Positions 28,010-39,800 of a stretch of 64,000 nucleotides of DNA are shown piece by piece. The notes beneath the pieces were generated by a model, which was not told where the DNA came from, did no database searches, and saw only the letters and a program-made list of their open reading frames with translations. Position 1 is the stretch's first letter, and every line of letters begins with the position of its first letter. This DNA is from Dimorphilus gyrociliatus. Its lineage: Eukaryota; Animalia; Annelida. The translations under genes and the position numbers were made by a program. The stretch lies in the NCBI GenBank assembly GCA_904063045.1, contig CAJFCJ010000003.1, forward strand, positions 2,714,504 to 2,778,503, given 5' to 3'.

Positions 28010-28469
28010 TGAATGATTGTATATTCTTCACGACAAAATATTAGTTACAAATATAAAAATAAGATTGAATAAGTTGAACGTTACATTTGAACTCACATAA
28101 CGCTAAAAAACAAACATGAAACAAGCAACTTCTCCTTTGTGCAGTGATGAATTACTCTGGAAATGTAACGTACATAAATGTAGACTGGGTGTTACTAAAT
28201 AGAGTAAAGAGTGGAGCGGGTATTGCTATACGTAAATAAACTAGCGTGTTATAAATGCTCAATAAACAGTGTGTAAAGCCGTTTTAGAATGAAGTAAAGC
28301 ATTGATAAGATTATTATTATTTCTTTCAACTAATATATCCATTCATAGGTGAATATATATTAAAAGTTAAGATATGTAAAGAAACTTTTAATTAAAAGCA
28401 AATATTTGTGAACGCATATAAATTAATAAATAAGATGATTGATCTTCCTTCACTAATTAAACGCAATAA

Positions 28470-28503
28470 GGGAGAGAGAGAGAGAGCGCGCGAGAGAGAG
28501 AGA
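28470..28503. repeat. (GA)n microsatellite interrupted by GCGCGC
   Basis: gagagagagagagagcgcgcgagagagagag read directly. Confidence 0.9.
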
Positions 28504-28939
28504 AATCTAGTAAAATACGTTAATTTTTATAAAAATTCAATTAATTAATATTCTTGATGAAAATTTAAATAAATTCTAAGCTATTAGACTCTTTTTTTCT
28601 TTATTTATATTAATAATCGTGATATGTTAATTATTTTCAATTGCCTTTCTCAAATTCAGTTCACAATATATATATATATATACATAATGTATATGCATAT
28701 ATGTATATAAGATGTCGTGTAATTCAGTAATGCTCTCCTGTTTTCTTTTTTACTATGAAAAGAGAAAATCAATAAGACTTTTTTTTTCTGTTTTTTATTT
28801 CCTTTTTTTTACATTTTAGAATTTCTTCCATTTTGTTTTTAAAAAAAAACAGAAGTTTAATAAAATCTAAGTTATTTCTAAGAGAGAGGAACCTGTTATG
28901 AATATTATAAGGTGTATTTTCATGTTTTTTTTTTTAACT

Positions 28940-30952
28940 TTATTTTCTTCTTAATGAGTTCATAGGAGTAGATGACGATGTACCTGGTATACTAAGACTT
29001 CTAGGTAATGCCTTAGGTGTGTCTCTTATTGAGAAATAAGTTCTTGGAATTCCACCTCCGGTTGCCATTTTACTTCCATTTCCAGTTTCGAAATTTCTTA
29101 ATTGACAATTAGGACATACATTTTTATAGTTCTGACTACTCTCTTTCTTAATTTTATCTTTTTCAATCTTATTTAAATGCTCTTGTTTAGTCTTTTTACA
29201 ACAGAGGCAAATACAATTTAATAGAATTAAAAGAACAAGTAGTATCGTATTTAGTATTAACCAAATAAAGAGTCCCTTGAATAATTCGGAACTATTAATA
29301 ATATCAAGGAAACCTAAGGAAAGAAGAAGAAATGTAAATTTTTATCCATCAATTATTTAAAGTACATATTCTTTATTACCTCCACCTTGGAATATTTTCA
29401 TTATTTTACCTAGTGGATTGCTGGGTGGCCTCATTTTCTTGCAAGTTGGTAAATCAATTTTCTTGTTTCCTTTACAAATAATTACTTACATTTATATTAC
29501 TATACAAGTATATAATATATCTCATAACTACTACTAAATTTTTTATAGTAACCTGATTTAAAAGTAAAACCAATATAAAATCGATATGGAAAGTTGATCT
29601 TATTGAATTTAATTCCAGTTTTTTTTTTCAACTCCTTTTCTTCAGCAACGTATACATCGGAACCCTTTCCAGTCTTATACGCAATAAGACCTTGAACATT
29701 TTTATTATAATAGCTAATAATATCCCCTCTCTGTAGCTTAATTTGTTGTTGTTTGCATAAAGTTACCTTTGATGTTAATGTTTTGTTTCGGAATAAATTA
29801 CAATAATTAATTCCTGTATTCTTATTTTATTTAAAACAGTGAAAAAAACCTTTTTTTCTCCTTTTTTTGTAGAAGAAACGGTAACGTTACCAATGATTTG
29901 TAAAAGCCCACCAGTAATTGTACTTTGATTGGGGCGTTTTCTCAAAAAGAATATATCTACAGAACCTCCATTAGCAAACCCAATCCATATTTGTGTAACA
30001 ACAGCATTGTGATAAACTGTTAAATCTTTTATAAGAAATATCTTGTTTGCTCCAGAAGATATAAAATTATCTAATGATGACGCTTTATATCCCAGAGAAG
30101 TTCCATATATAGGATTATCTGTTGACGAAGGAAATATCTCTAAATCAGCTTCTGTAGTTAACTCTGAATGAAAAAAGAATATAAAAGCTATATTACTATA
30201 GACTGTAATGCATAAGGCAAACTCTTAACTTGTCTCATAGAATGCCTCGATAGAAAAATCCAAATTCAACGGAGAACTTGAAAATTCTAATGTCATACCA
30301 ACTTTTGTATCAAAACCTTGCTGTAACGTCTACAATTCAAGATAATTAATGTCATTTGAACGAAATATGTATATTTATGTCTTTACTGGCGTGGTAAGTG
30401 GATAAGTTATAGCTGATTCTCCAGTTTTTATAATTCTATATGCTAAACAATCTTTATCCTGTTCATTATAAAATCCTAATATATCAACAGAGAGGAGTTT
30501 AACAGGCACTTCTGGAACAATCTGCGTATAATAATCTATACTAGATTATCGTTTTTTTTATAGAAGAAATGAACTGTATATTTTACAAACATCTACTATT
30601 GCTGGAAAACTTTCGACAGTTTCACTTTTCTGCCAAATTAATGTCATTTGTCGTCGCCCATCGGAATGAGATGTTACCAATCGCCAAATTTGGAATCTAA
30701 TTCTTCCAGCAGCAACGAATTTAGCTCTTATCTTTGTAAGTGTACCACCCGTAAAAGTTCTATCAGAAAGCATGAAAATTCCTCTAGAATTTGAACTTCG
30801 TCCAGCATCCGTTTCCAATTGTCTTCCCAAGCGCAATTCCATTGCTAAATATATCATAATTTTAAATAAACCTACATATTTTTCATGATAAATAATTAAC
30901 TATTACCGTAATTAATAATAAACAAATTAAGAAGTATTATATAGAATCTCAT
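28940..30952 (-). CDS. Uncharacterised type I membrane protein: signal peptide, two tandem homologous beta-rich extracellular domains, TM helix, Cys-rich juxtamembrane segment, ~90-aa cytoplasmic tail
   Basis: Exon 1 MRFYIILLNLFIINY(A) at 30952, 62-nt intron, then exons in consistent phase. Repeat 1: GIFMLSDRTFTGGTLTKIRAKFVAAGRIRFQIWR..VKLLSVDILGFYNEQDKDCLAYR. Repeat 2: KIFLIKDLTVYHNAVVTQIWIGFANGGSVDIFFLR..IKLQRGDIISYYNKNVQGLIAYK. TM: LFIWLILNTILLVLLILLNCICLCCKK. Stop at 28940. Confidence 0.8.
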
Positions 30953-31761
30953 GGTTCTGATAACTTCGTTAAACGCATTTAAACTGAAAAACTTTTAAAC
31001 TAGAACTTTTAACTAATCATTAGTAAATACTGTAAAACGATATAATTACAATATAAAGCTACCACGTAATAGCTAAAAAGTTCAATATAATTAAGTGTCT
31101 TAATATATTAAAATTATTAGAATAGTAAAGTTTTGCATCTCATATTAGTTTTCATTATCTGCTACATAAAAAATTTGGATATAGGCCACAGGACATGCAA
31201 ATTATTAGGTAATTGTAGTAAACACATTCCCTAATATCACTAAAAATTAGAAAACCTTTAAATAATTAATTAATTGTAACGAAACAATATGAAAAATTAG
31301 TTAAAAGTAGATAATTACATTCTAATACGATTGAAAAATTATAGAATTTATTTTCTTTAAAAAAAACAGAAACTGAATATAGGTATTTTAGTAATTTTTT
31401 GCGAAACTATAAGTTCATATTCTAGAACACTTTTTTATTTCATGATTCATAAGTTTCTATATTGTGAAATCATCATATTAGTAAGAAAAAATCAATACTA
31501 ATTACATTTTACTTTAGATTATATAAATAAGGCACTTCACAATCAGTTTACTTCATATCGATTACGTAAAAAAATGAAAGAACACGTAATTACATTTGCT
31601 ATTTTACATTATCTATGGCCTAAATGTTAAAAAAATGTTAAGTAATCGATTAAAAAAACCTATCATCGTGAAAAATATTTCAAGTTATTTCGGGAAACCG
31701 AAAGTGTTAGCTACTATATAAAGCAATAATTTAGATAGATCTTATTTTATTGAAATACAAC

Positions 31762-32413
31762 ATGGGAGGATGGCTCAGTAGATTTTATGATGAAGAAGAA
31801 GAGGTTCCTCAGCCTCAACAGATCCAAAGATCAAGAACTATCCCTTATAGTGACGCTTCAGCTGCTATATCCACTCCGATACAATTTTCGTTAGGTAGAG
31901 AAAGTTTCCATGCCGCTGTTGAACCTCATAAAGAATATGCGCATTTCGCAATTGAAGATGTGTATACTTGGAGAGATAATACTTCGCATAGAATTTCGCC
32001 CCTTCATATTCGATACTCACAGGATGCAATATTTTATAAATTTCAAGCGAAAGATCATAGAGCCATGAAAGAGATAGCTACAGTTGCCGAGGATTTAATA
32101 ACGGGATATATAAAAGTTTCAGATTTTCCCAAAATTAAAGTTATCTTGTTTGAAGGAAATTTACATAGTCTAGACAATAGAAGATTGTGGGTTTTCAAAC
32201 AATATCAAAAATACAAACAAGACTTAGAAATCGATGTAAGATTTTTTTTATTAATTGTATTTTGCTATTATTTTATTTTAGCCTTTTCTTATAAATTATC
32301 TATTTATACAGGTGATATTCTGTACTAAAGTTCTTCCTCATCAATACAAAAAGTTCACTACAAGGAATTCTGGACGTTCTATTAACGTTGTGAAAAGCAT
32401 AAATCATGAATGA
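31762..32413 (+). CDS. ParB/Sulfiredoxin-fold-like protein (DNRRL motif), paralog 1, 191 aa, 2 exons
   Basis: ATG in caacATGG context; exon 1 31762-32235, intron 32236-32311, exon 2 32312-32413. Motifs ISPLHIRYSQDAI..FPKIKV..HSLDNRRLWVFKQY..KFTTRNSGRSI. The gene model is firm; the fold call comes from motif recall only. Confidence 0.75.
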
Positions 32414-32737
32414 AGATGCATGAAGTCAGTTTGGAAACCAAAGAGGCTGATTATCCTAATTTCTTTTTAGAAATATATAACATTTCTTAATAGTTCTTTC
32501 AATGATTCAATAAACTTTAAATGAATAAAACGGCTCAAATACACATTTTACTTTACTTTCAAATCTTTTCAAAGTTATTTAAGAATAACAGCTTTTGCTT
32601 TACTACGAAATATTGATTAATAATGGCCTATAGAGAAATAAGCCTATCATTCTTGTTTCGTTTCTCAAAAATGAAAATTTTAGAAAACATTATGAAAGTA
32701 GAGATTTTAGCAGTGACTTTCCTTTCTTGTCTCAGCA

Positions 32738-33595
32738 ATGGGGGGACAGCTATGTTGCTATAAAAGTAGAAAGGATGAAAGGAGTAACAATTTCAATCAT
32801 CAGAGTGATAACCATAATGTGCTTGATAGACCAGCTCCAATACTACATAATCAAGTAAGAAGATCACAACAGCCTGTCATCAGAAAGTTGTACCAAGAAG
32901 ATTCACCTCTTGAAACACCTAATTTCGATAATGCGAGAGTATCGAATGACACAAGCAGAAGTTGTCACGTTGATAATTCGTACTTAAATTATTCACCTGG
33001 AATTTTTCTGCCAAAAATACATCAAAATGCAAGAACTACCTCCCAATACACTACTAGAAACTGGAAAATAGTATATTCGGATATAAAGGTTATCGCAGAT
33101 GAGAGTGACGGTAGCAATTTAGACTCTCCGGGAGAATTTTCTATCGAACAAATTAAAAATTGGAGGTATAATAATCTATATGATATTTCTCCAGCCCATC
33201 TCCGATTTTGTCAGGATACAATATTTTACAAATTTCAAGCAAAGTCCCATACAGATATGAAAACAATTAAGTCGGTTCTTGAGAGTTTATTAAATGGTGA
33301 ATGTAAAATTTCGGATTTCCCCCCAATTCAAGTGGTTTTAAAAGAAAACTTGCTATATACACTCGATAATAGGAGATTATGGCTTTTTAAGCAATATCAG
33401 AAACAGCATAAAGATATCATGATAAAGGTATTTTTTATGTTAGTTTAAACGTTAATTAGCTATATCATTAATACATATACTGTATAGGTTGAATACCTTG
33501 AACTAACCTCTAAACATCAACTCAAATTTACGACGAAAAATAAAGGATCGTCAATCAAAATTGAAAGAAAACCCAAACACAGCCGTAGACAATAG
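32738..33595 (+). CDS. ParB/Sulfiredoxin-fold-like protein (DNRRL motif), paralog 2, 265 aa, 2 exons
   Basis: Exon 1 32738-33427, intron 33428-33487, exon 2 33488-33595. Motifs ISPAHLRFCQDTI..FPPIQV..YTLDNRRLWLFKQY..KFTTKNKGSSI. Same phase-0 intron position as paralog 1. Confidence 0.75.
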
Positions 33596-33837
33596 AATAA
33601 ACTTCAGCTATTAAGTGTTTCTCCATTAGATTTTTTTAAAGATCTAAATTTATATTTGTTAAAGTACAACTAATTGAAATTACTGAAAGAATACAGTGAT
33701 TATAAATGAATACATAAGTGTATCTTTTTTCATAAAACTATCCTTATAATTGCTTTGAATATATTGAAAATAACAGCAGTAATATTTAAAATAAAGAAGA
33801 GACAAAGGTAACAATTTTTATTTTGACTAATCACTTT

Positions 33838-36800
33838 CTAAATTGTGCATTTATCGACTCCAGCACCGTCTAAAGCTTCCTTTGATAAATTTAACGTATT
33901 AAATACACCAGGTTCAACGGCAATTCGAACTTGATATAAGCATCCATTTAATCCAGTTTTAAACAACTGCTTAGTAGATAAGCTAACCCTTTCTCTGTCT
34001 CCTCCTATATAGTTTATAGAATATTTTTAATTGAAAATATTTATGATCAATATTTTATTATAATTTACCAAAGATGACTGGCGAATTATCAGCAAAATTG
34101 ATACTTTCCCCTGAATAAACACCTTGGAATCTTGTTGTTCGCCCTGAAGTCTCAGTCAATTCAAGTGATATAGCTTGACTATATCTTTAACGAATATATA
34201 GTATACAGTACAATTATATATACTTAATAAAAGTATATGTTCTACTTACTTAGAGACTGTAATTTGAATAAACCGTCCGATTTCAATACTAATATTAGTA
34301 GAAATAGAAGCGGCACCATTGTTTAGTTTAGATCTACAAAATTTAATAAAAGTTATCTTCAATTGTGTTTACAATCGATCAGTATATTTAACTGACCGAA
34401 ATATTATCTTTCTCTCCTTTATTCCTAAAGCTATATATTCTTTATCAATTCTACCTCTCCACATTATCAATTGATCTTCTCTACTATTTGTCTTAAATAT
34501 TATTTCAACAGCGGAATGAGTTGTCCTGAAAGTAGCCAATTCTTAGTTTACCTTTAAATAGACTAAGGGTCTGTTAATTTTTAAAATTTGTCTTACCCAA
34601 ATATATTATTCTTATATGCTAGAAATCCATAACCATTCATTGAAATAATATTAGATGCAGACATTGCTGTATATGTGTTGAAAGCTACAGTTTTCAGTGT
34701 ATTTGTGTAAAGTATACAAACCCAATTCGCATTTTTCACCAGTAAATCCAAGGGGACATCTACACCATGGCTTTGAATTTATGGTTATACAAACTCCTTT
34801 ATTTGAACAAGGTTTTGAGCAATCTGAATTTAGGCAAAGACTCCCTAATCGTCCAACTGGACATACGCATTCATAGCCATTCTCAAATTTTAAACACTGG
34901 GCAGAAGAATGGCATAGGTTCTCATCACAGCCTTTTGTAGGGCAATTCGTTACACCACGTCCTTTCCTGACAGCTTGGCGATTATCATTCAGTTTAATGT
35001 TTCTAAAGCATCCATTAAATCCTTAATAAAGTACAAGTATTCTAAATATAAAAATATGTCCTAGATATTGATCTAACATTTACCCTTTCCAGCGCTATCT
35101 TTTTCTAATTCCGGGAAACTGTGTAATTTTGGTACTCCTCCAAAGAATACAGGAAATTTAGGTGTAAATAATGATATATCGAATCTATAAATAGTATTCT
35201 GCAAATTCAGCACTGATAATAATAGATAATAGAACAAACCTTTTCTTTAAATCTATATATCCTCTAACGATAGCTGTTATGCTAGTATTATCGAACAAAA
35301 TATTAATATATAACCAAGAATTTAAGCGAATATTTTGAATATCGGTCGACCAAACTTGATTTTCATTGAATAACTTTAAACTAAGTAAATCTGCCCTCAA
35401 TAAACCAACTAAAAATAGTTATTTTTACATAATAAATTTAGCATCTTTTGATTAAATAAAAAATACTAACCAAAGTAATTTTTACTTGTACCAAAAAACA
35501 AAAGAATTCCATTCGCCTGTTCAGGTTTTATCTCGAATGATATTTCTGTTTTAATATTGATTATAACATTTTCAATTTCAATATATCCTCCCCCTGAAAG
35601 TCTTGGTGTGTCTATTGTTGTTCTTGTACTGCAATCGCTTCCGATAAAACCAATATTGCATATACATTCACTTTGTGTTTTACCATTGAATTGGCAAGTA
35701 CCACTGACACAATTGATATTACAAGGACGATTCGAACAGGTGTTTATTGATTGAGAAGTAATAAATTTTGATTCATCCAACGATGCCCAATTGTTTTCAA
35801 GACTAACCTAAAAAAATTTGATGATATGTTAAATAGAGAATCAACAATTAATAATAATTAATCAAAAAGAAAATAGTAATTACATATATATTACTAATGC
35901 AGCCTTCTAAACCATTAATTAACGGCAAACTCTTTAAAATTTGATGATCATAGGCCTGATAACCGCCTATATAACATTCTAATTTTTTGGCCAAGAGCGT
36001 TTCTAGTCCCGGAGTTTGACCTTGTACTTCGATAAGATCATTTAAGTATATAATTAAAAGTTTTTTCTCCTTAACAACTTTTAATTTTAGAAAAGTATTT
36101 AATGGTAAAAGATTCCTTCCCTGTAAATTTATTGGACCAGGACCTATTTAAATGAAAGAAATCAAAGTTAGGAGATTGTAAAGATTTAATTAATCACAAT
36201 TAATTATATAATACTTATATTATTATTATCTATGTCATATCTCAAGATTAATGATACTAATCTATTAAACTATTAAAAATAAAAATATTGACAATACCTA
36301 AGTTCATTGACGCTATTAGGTATCGATTACTAACACCAAACACCAAATAACTCTTTTCTAAATCTCCTGCAAGTGCGATAAGGCCAGATGACGATGATAT
36401 TTGAAAATCCATTTCCATAGCAAAATTGTTAACATTATCGTTCGTAATGGAAAAGCTCATAAAACTATTTCCAGTAAGAGATGGATTAAAATTTGACGTT
36501 GCCACTGATAAATAATAATAATAATAATGCATTCCAAACGTTTTACTTTTAAACTATGATATATACCTGTTGAGCAATTTTTTCCAATGTACGTTGAAGG
36601 ACATACGCAAAGATAAGCACCACCTGATCCAGGTTTACAAGAACCTCTTAAACAAGGTGAATTATCGCATATGGATTTTTCACAAAAAACTCCGCTATAA
36701 CCATCTTTACAATTGCATCTAAACGACGTTGGGGACAAGTTCACACACACTCCATTGTTCTGACAATTTACATTATCGCATGCTCTTATGAGAATAGAGC

Positions 36801-39800
36801 AAGTAAAGCCAGTGTAATCCGATGGACAAATACATCTATCCAAAGGCTAAATATATTAATATATTTCAATAAAAATCGCAAACGTACTTAAGTCCACTAT
36901 TATTATTTTGGCATGTTGAGCCATTCTCACAAGGATTATTCTCACCGCAATAATCTTTTAGTTGACATTCATTACCATAATAAAAATTTGAACAAAGGCA
37001 AGTATATTGTGTCCCGGCCAAGTTGTTAGGTAATGGTAAACACGTTCCCAAATTTTTACAAGGTTTATGACCACAACGATCCACTTCTGCACAATTTGTT
37101 CCCTTAAACCCAATTGCACATGCGCATCTGTATATAAATATGCAAATATAATTATATTAGTATATATTAAAGATATTATGTAAATTAAATTGAAAGTACA
37201 AGTAGAAATTAAATATCTACTTAAAAGAATTAACACCATCTATGCATGTTCCACCATTTTTACACTTTTCCCCTTGAAGGCATTCATTTATCTCTAATTC
37301 ACAAAGTTTTCCAGTAAAGCCTATACAAAAGACATTTTTTCGGGTTTTTATTAAACAAAGAAATTTTAATTAACCAACCTTTCATACAATTACAACTATA
37401 ACTTGTCACAGTTTCCAGGCAAGTAGCGTTATTTTTACATGGAGTTGAATAGCAAGCGGGAAGTGAATTTTCACATTGACTACCCGTAAATCCTGGTTTA
37501 CAGATGCAATAAGAAGAATCGTCTATTCTTCTTTTGCAAACTCCATTATTTTTACATCTCGTACTAGCTATATATTTTTTAAGTATTATAACAATTTTCC
37601 CTAAAGAGAATTATATATTCTATTTATTTACCGAAACATGGATCAACATTTTGGCAATTTCTTCCCAGAAAACCAGGAGGACAGTTGCAACTATAGTTTC
37701 CCGCATCATTTGAATTTACAATACATTCACCACCATTGCATGGATTCACAGGGGAGCATGGATTAGGTTTAGTAATTTGACATTTATCGCCCTATTTTAT
37801 ATCAGTTGAGTTATAATTTGATTGTTTCTTTCGTAAATTCTTACCGTAAATCCAGATTTACAATCACAAAAAACCTGATTTCTCAATAACCAACAAGTTC
37901 CACCATTGAAACAGGTTTGAGGTTTACACAAATCCCTTTTAATTTGACAAAATAAACCTTCAAAGTCGTTCGAGCATGAGCAGAATACGCCAATTGAATC
38001 TGAATAACAAGTACCCCCATTTTGACAAATTGACGGAGAACATGTTTTTATCTCCTCGGCGCAGAAATCCCCAGCATAAGGTGGTTGACAAGCGCAAAAA
38101 ATCCTGTTTCCATTAACCAAGCATCTTCCGCCATTTCTACATGGTTGTGAATTGCATAAAGATGGATTTGTTTCACAACGCTGACCTTCAAAAGGTTTTG
38201 GGCAATTGCATGTAAAACTATCAACTCCAACCTGAATACATGTCCCAGAATTGTAACAGGGATTAGGATTACACGAGGAAATCAACTTTTCGCATCTCTT
38301 CCCTTCAAAATATTCCGAACAGTTGCACCTATGTAAGATTCCTTCTAGAAGATAACACTACGACAATGAATAGAAAAAAAAAGTAACCCACTTAAAATCA
38401 TTATCTCCAATATTTTCACAAAATCGAGGATTATTGAGGCAAGGTTTTGCATCACACGGTGGCTGTTTATCAGAGCACGTTAATCCTATTAATTGATGGA
38501 AAACATTTACTGTTTACTATAAAATACTATTAAATAGAAGAAAATTTATACCCTTAAATCCAATGTTACATTGGCATTGAGAATTCTGACAATTTCCATT
38601 GAAACACGTATCTTTATCGCAAACTAATGGAGTACTGCAATTTTTACCAGTAAATTTAGGTTTACATGAACAAGAATAATCAGCACCATTTGCTAGATTA
38701 ATACATTCACCAAATTTACAAGGTTTGGTTAAACAGGAATATTTTTTATCACAAAGTAATCCAGTAAAGTTTGATGGACAAGAACAAGTAAATGAATTAC
38801 CAATATTTCTGCAAGTAGCTCCATTCTTACAAGGTGAACTACCGCAAGGTATTGGAATTTGACAAAATTGACCTCCCCAAAGTTGAGTACAATTACATCT
38901 ATTAAAGGTTTATATTTATGTGAAGGTAGTTAAAAATTATTAAATTGAATATATAAAACTTACGAAAATGACGATTCATGATTTATGCATTTGCCACCAT
39001 TTTTACAGGGTGTGCTTGAACAGTAGTTATATTGAGAACAATCTTTACCAATAAACGCTGATGTACATTGACAACTATAATCCAAATCTTTTTTTTGGCA
39101 TTTTCCACCATTTTTACATGGTTTTAATAAACATCTATTGATATCGCTGCATCTTTGTCCAACGTAGGGCGGTGTGCAATTACACTATTATTGGGTATAA
39201 AAAAAATAAAACGAAGGTATACTTAGTTTTTAGCTACGCATAATTTTATCTACATGTACTCCAGATAATGCAATAATCCCTGTTATCACCATCTGTTACA
39301 CTTATGGCACGTGAAGAGAAAAAAAGCTTGGATCAAACATAGGACTGATAAGGTCGAAGACTTGAGTATAAGTATGATAAATTGTGCTGACAAACTTGCT
39401 TTTAATTAGTTTAGGTCAAACTAACGTCTTGAAAGGAATGTTAGAATGGAAAACGAATGGAATATTAATAAATCATACGCTTTCATTCAAGATTCTGATT
39501 ATACGTCGGGACGTCGTTATTTTTTCACTTTTTTTAGTCAATTTGGTCCTCGTTCAGTATCAACTATAGTCATTGAATTATTCTTTTTATTCTTTATCAA
39601 ATTCTTAGGATTTTCATTAAATATCTTTCATTTTGTCGTTCTTTGGAAGCATAGAAAGCCTGCTTCGGTAAGCATAATTCTGGAAATGAATCTCTGCTTT
39701 TCAAGCTTTCTTGGTTGTGTTCCGTTAATCTTAATTTCTATTACAAGAATATATAAAAGATGGATTTTTCATCAATTCTTTTGTAGTTTTTTAGTATTTG

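Noticed and set aside
31762-33595. Calling the DNRRL pair sulfiredoxin, or bacterial contamination
   Set aside because: The FGGCHR catalytic Cys motif is absent. Both genes have canonical spliceosomal introns and sit among animal genes.
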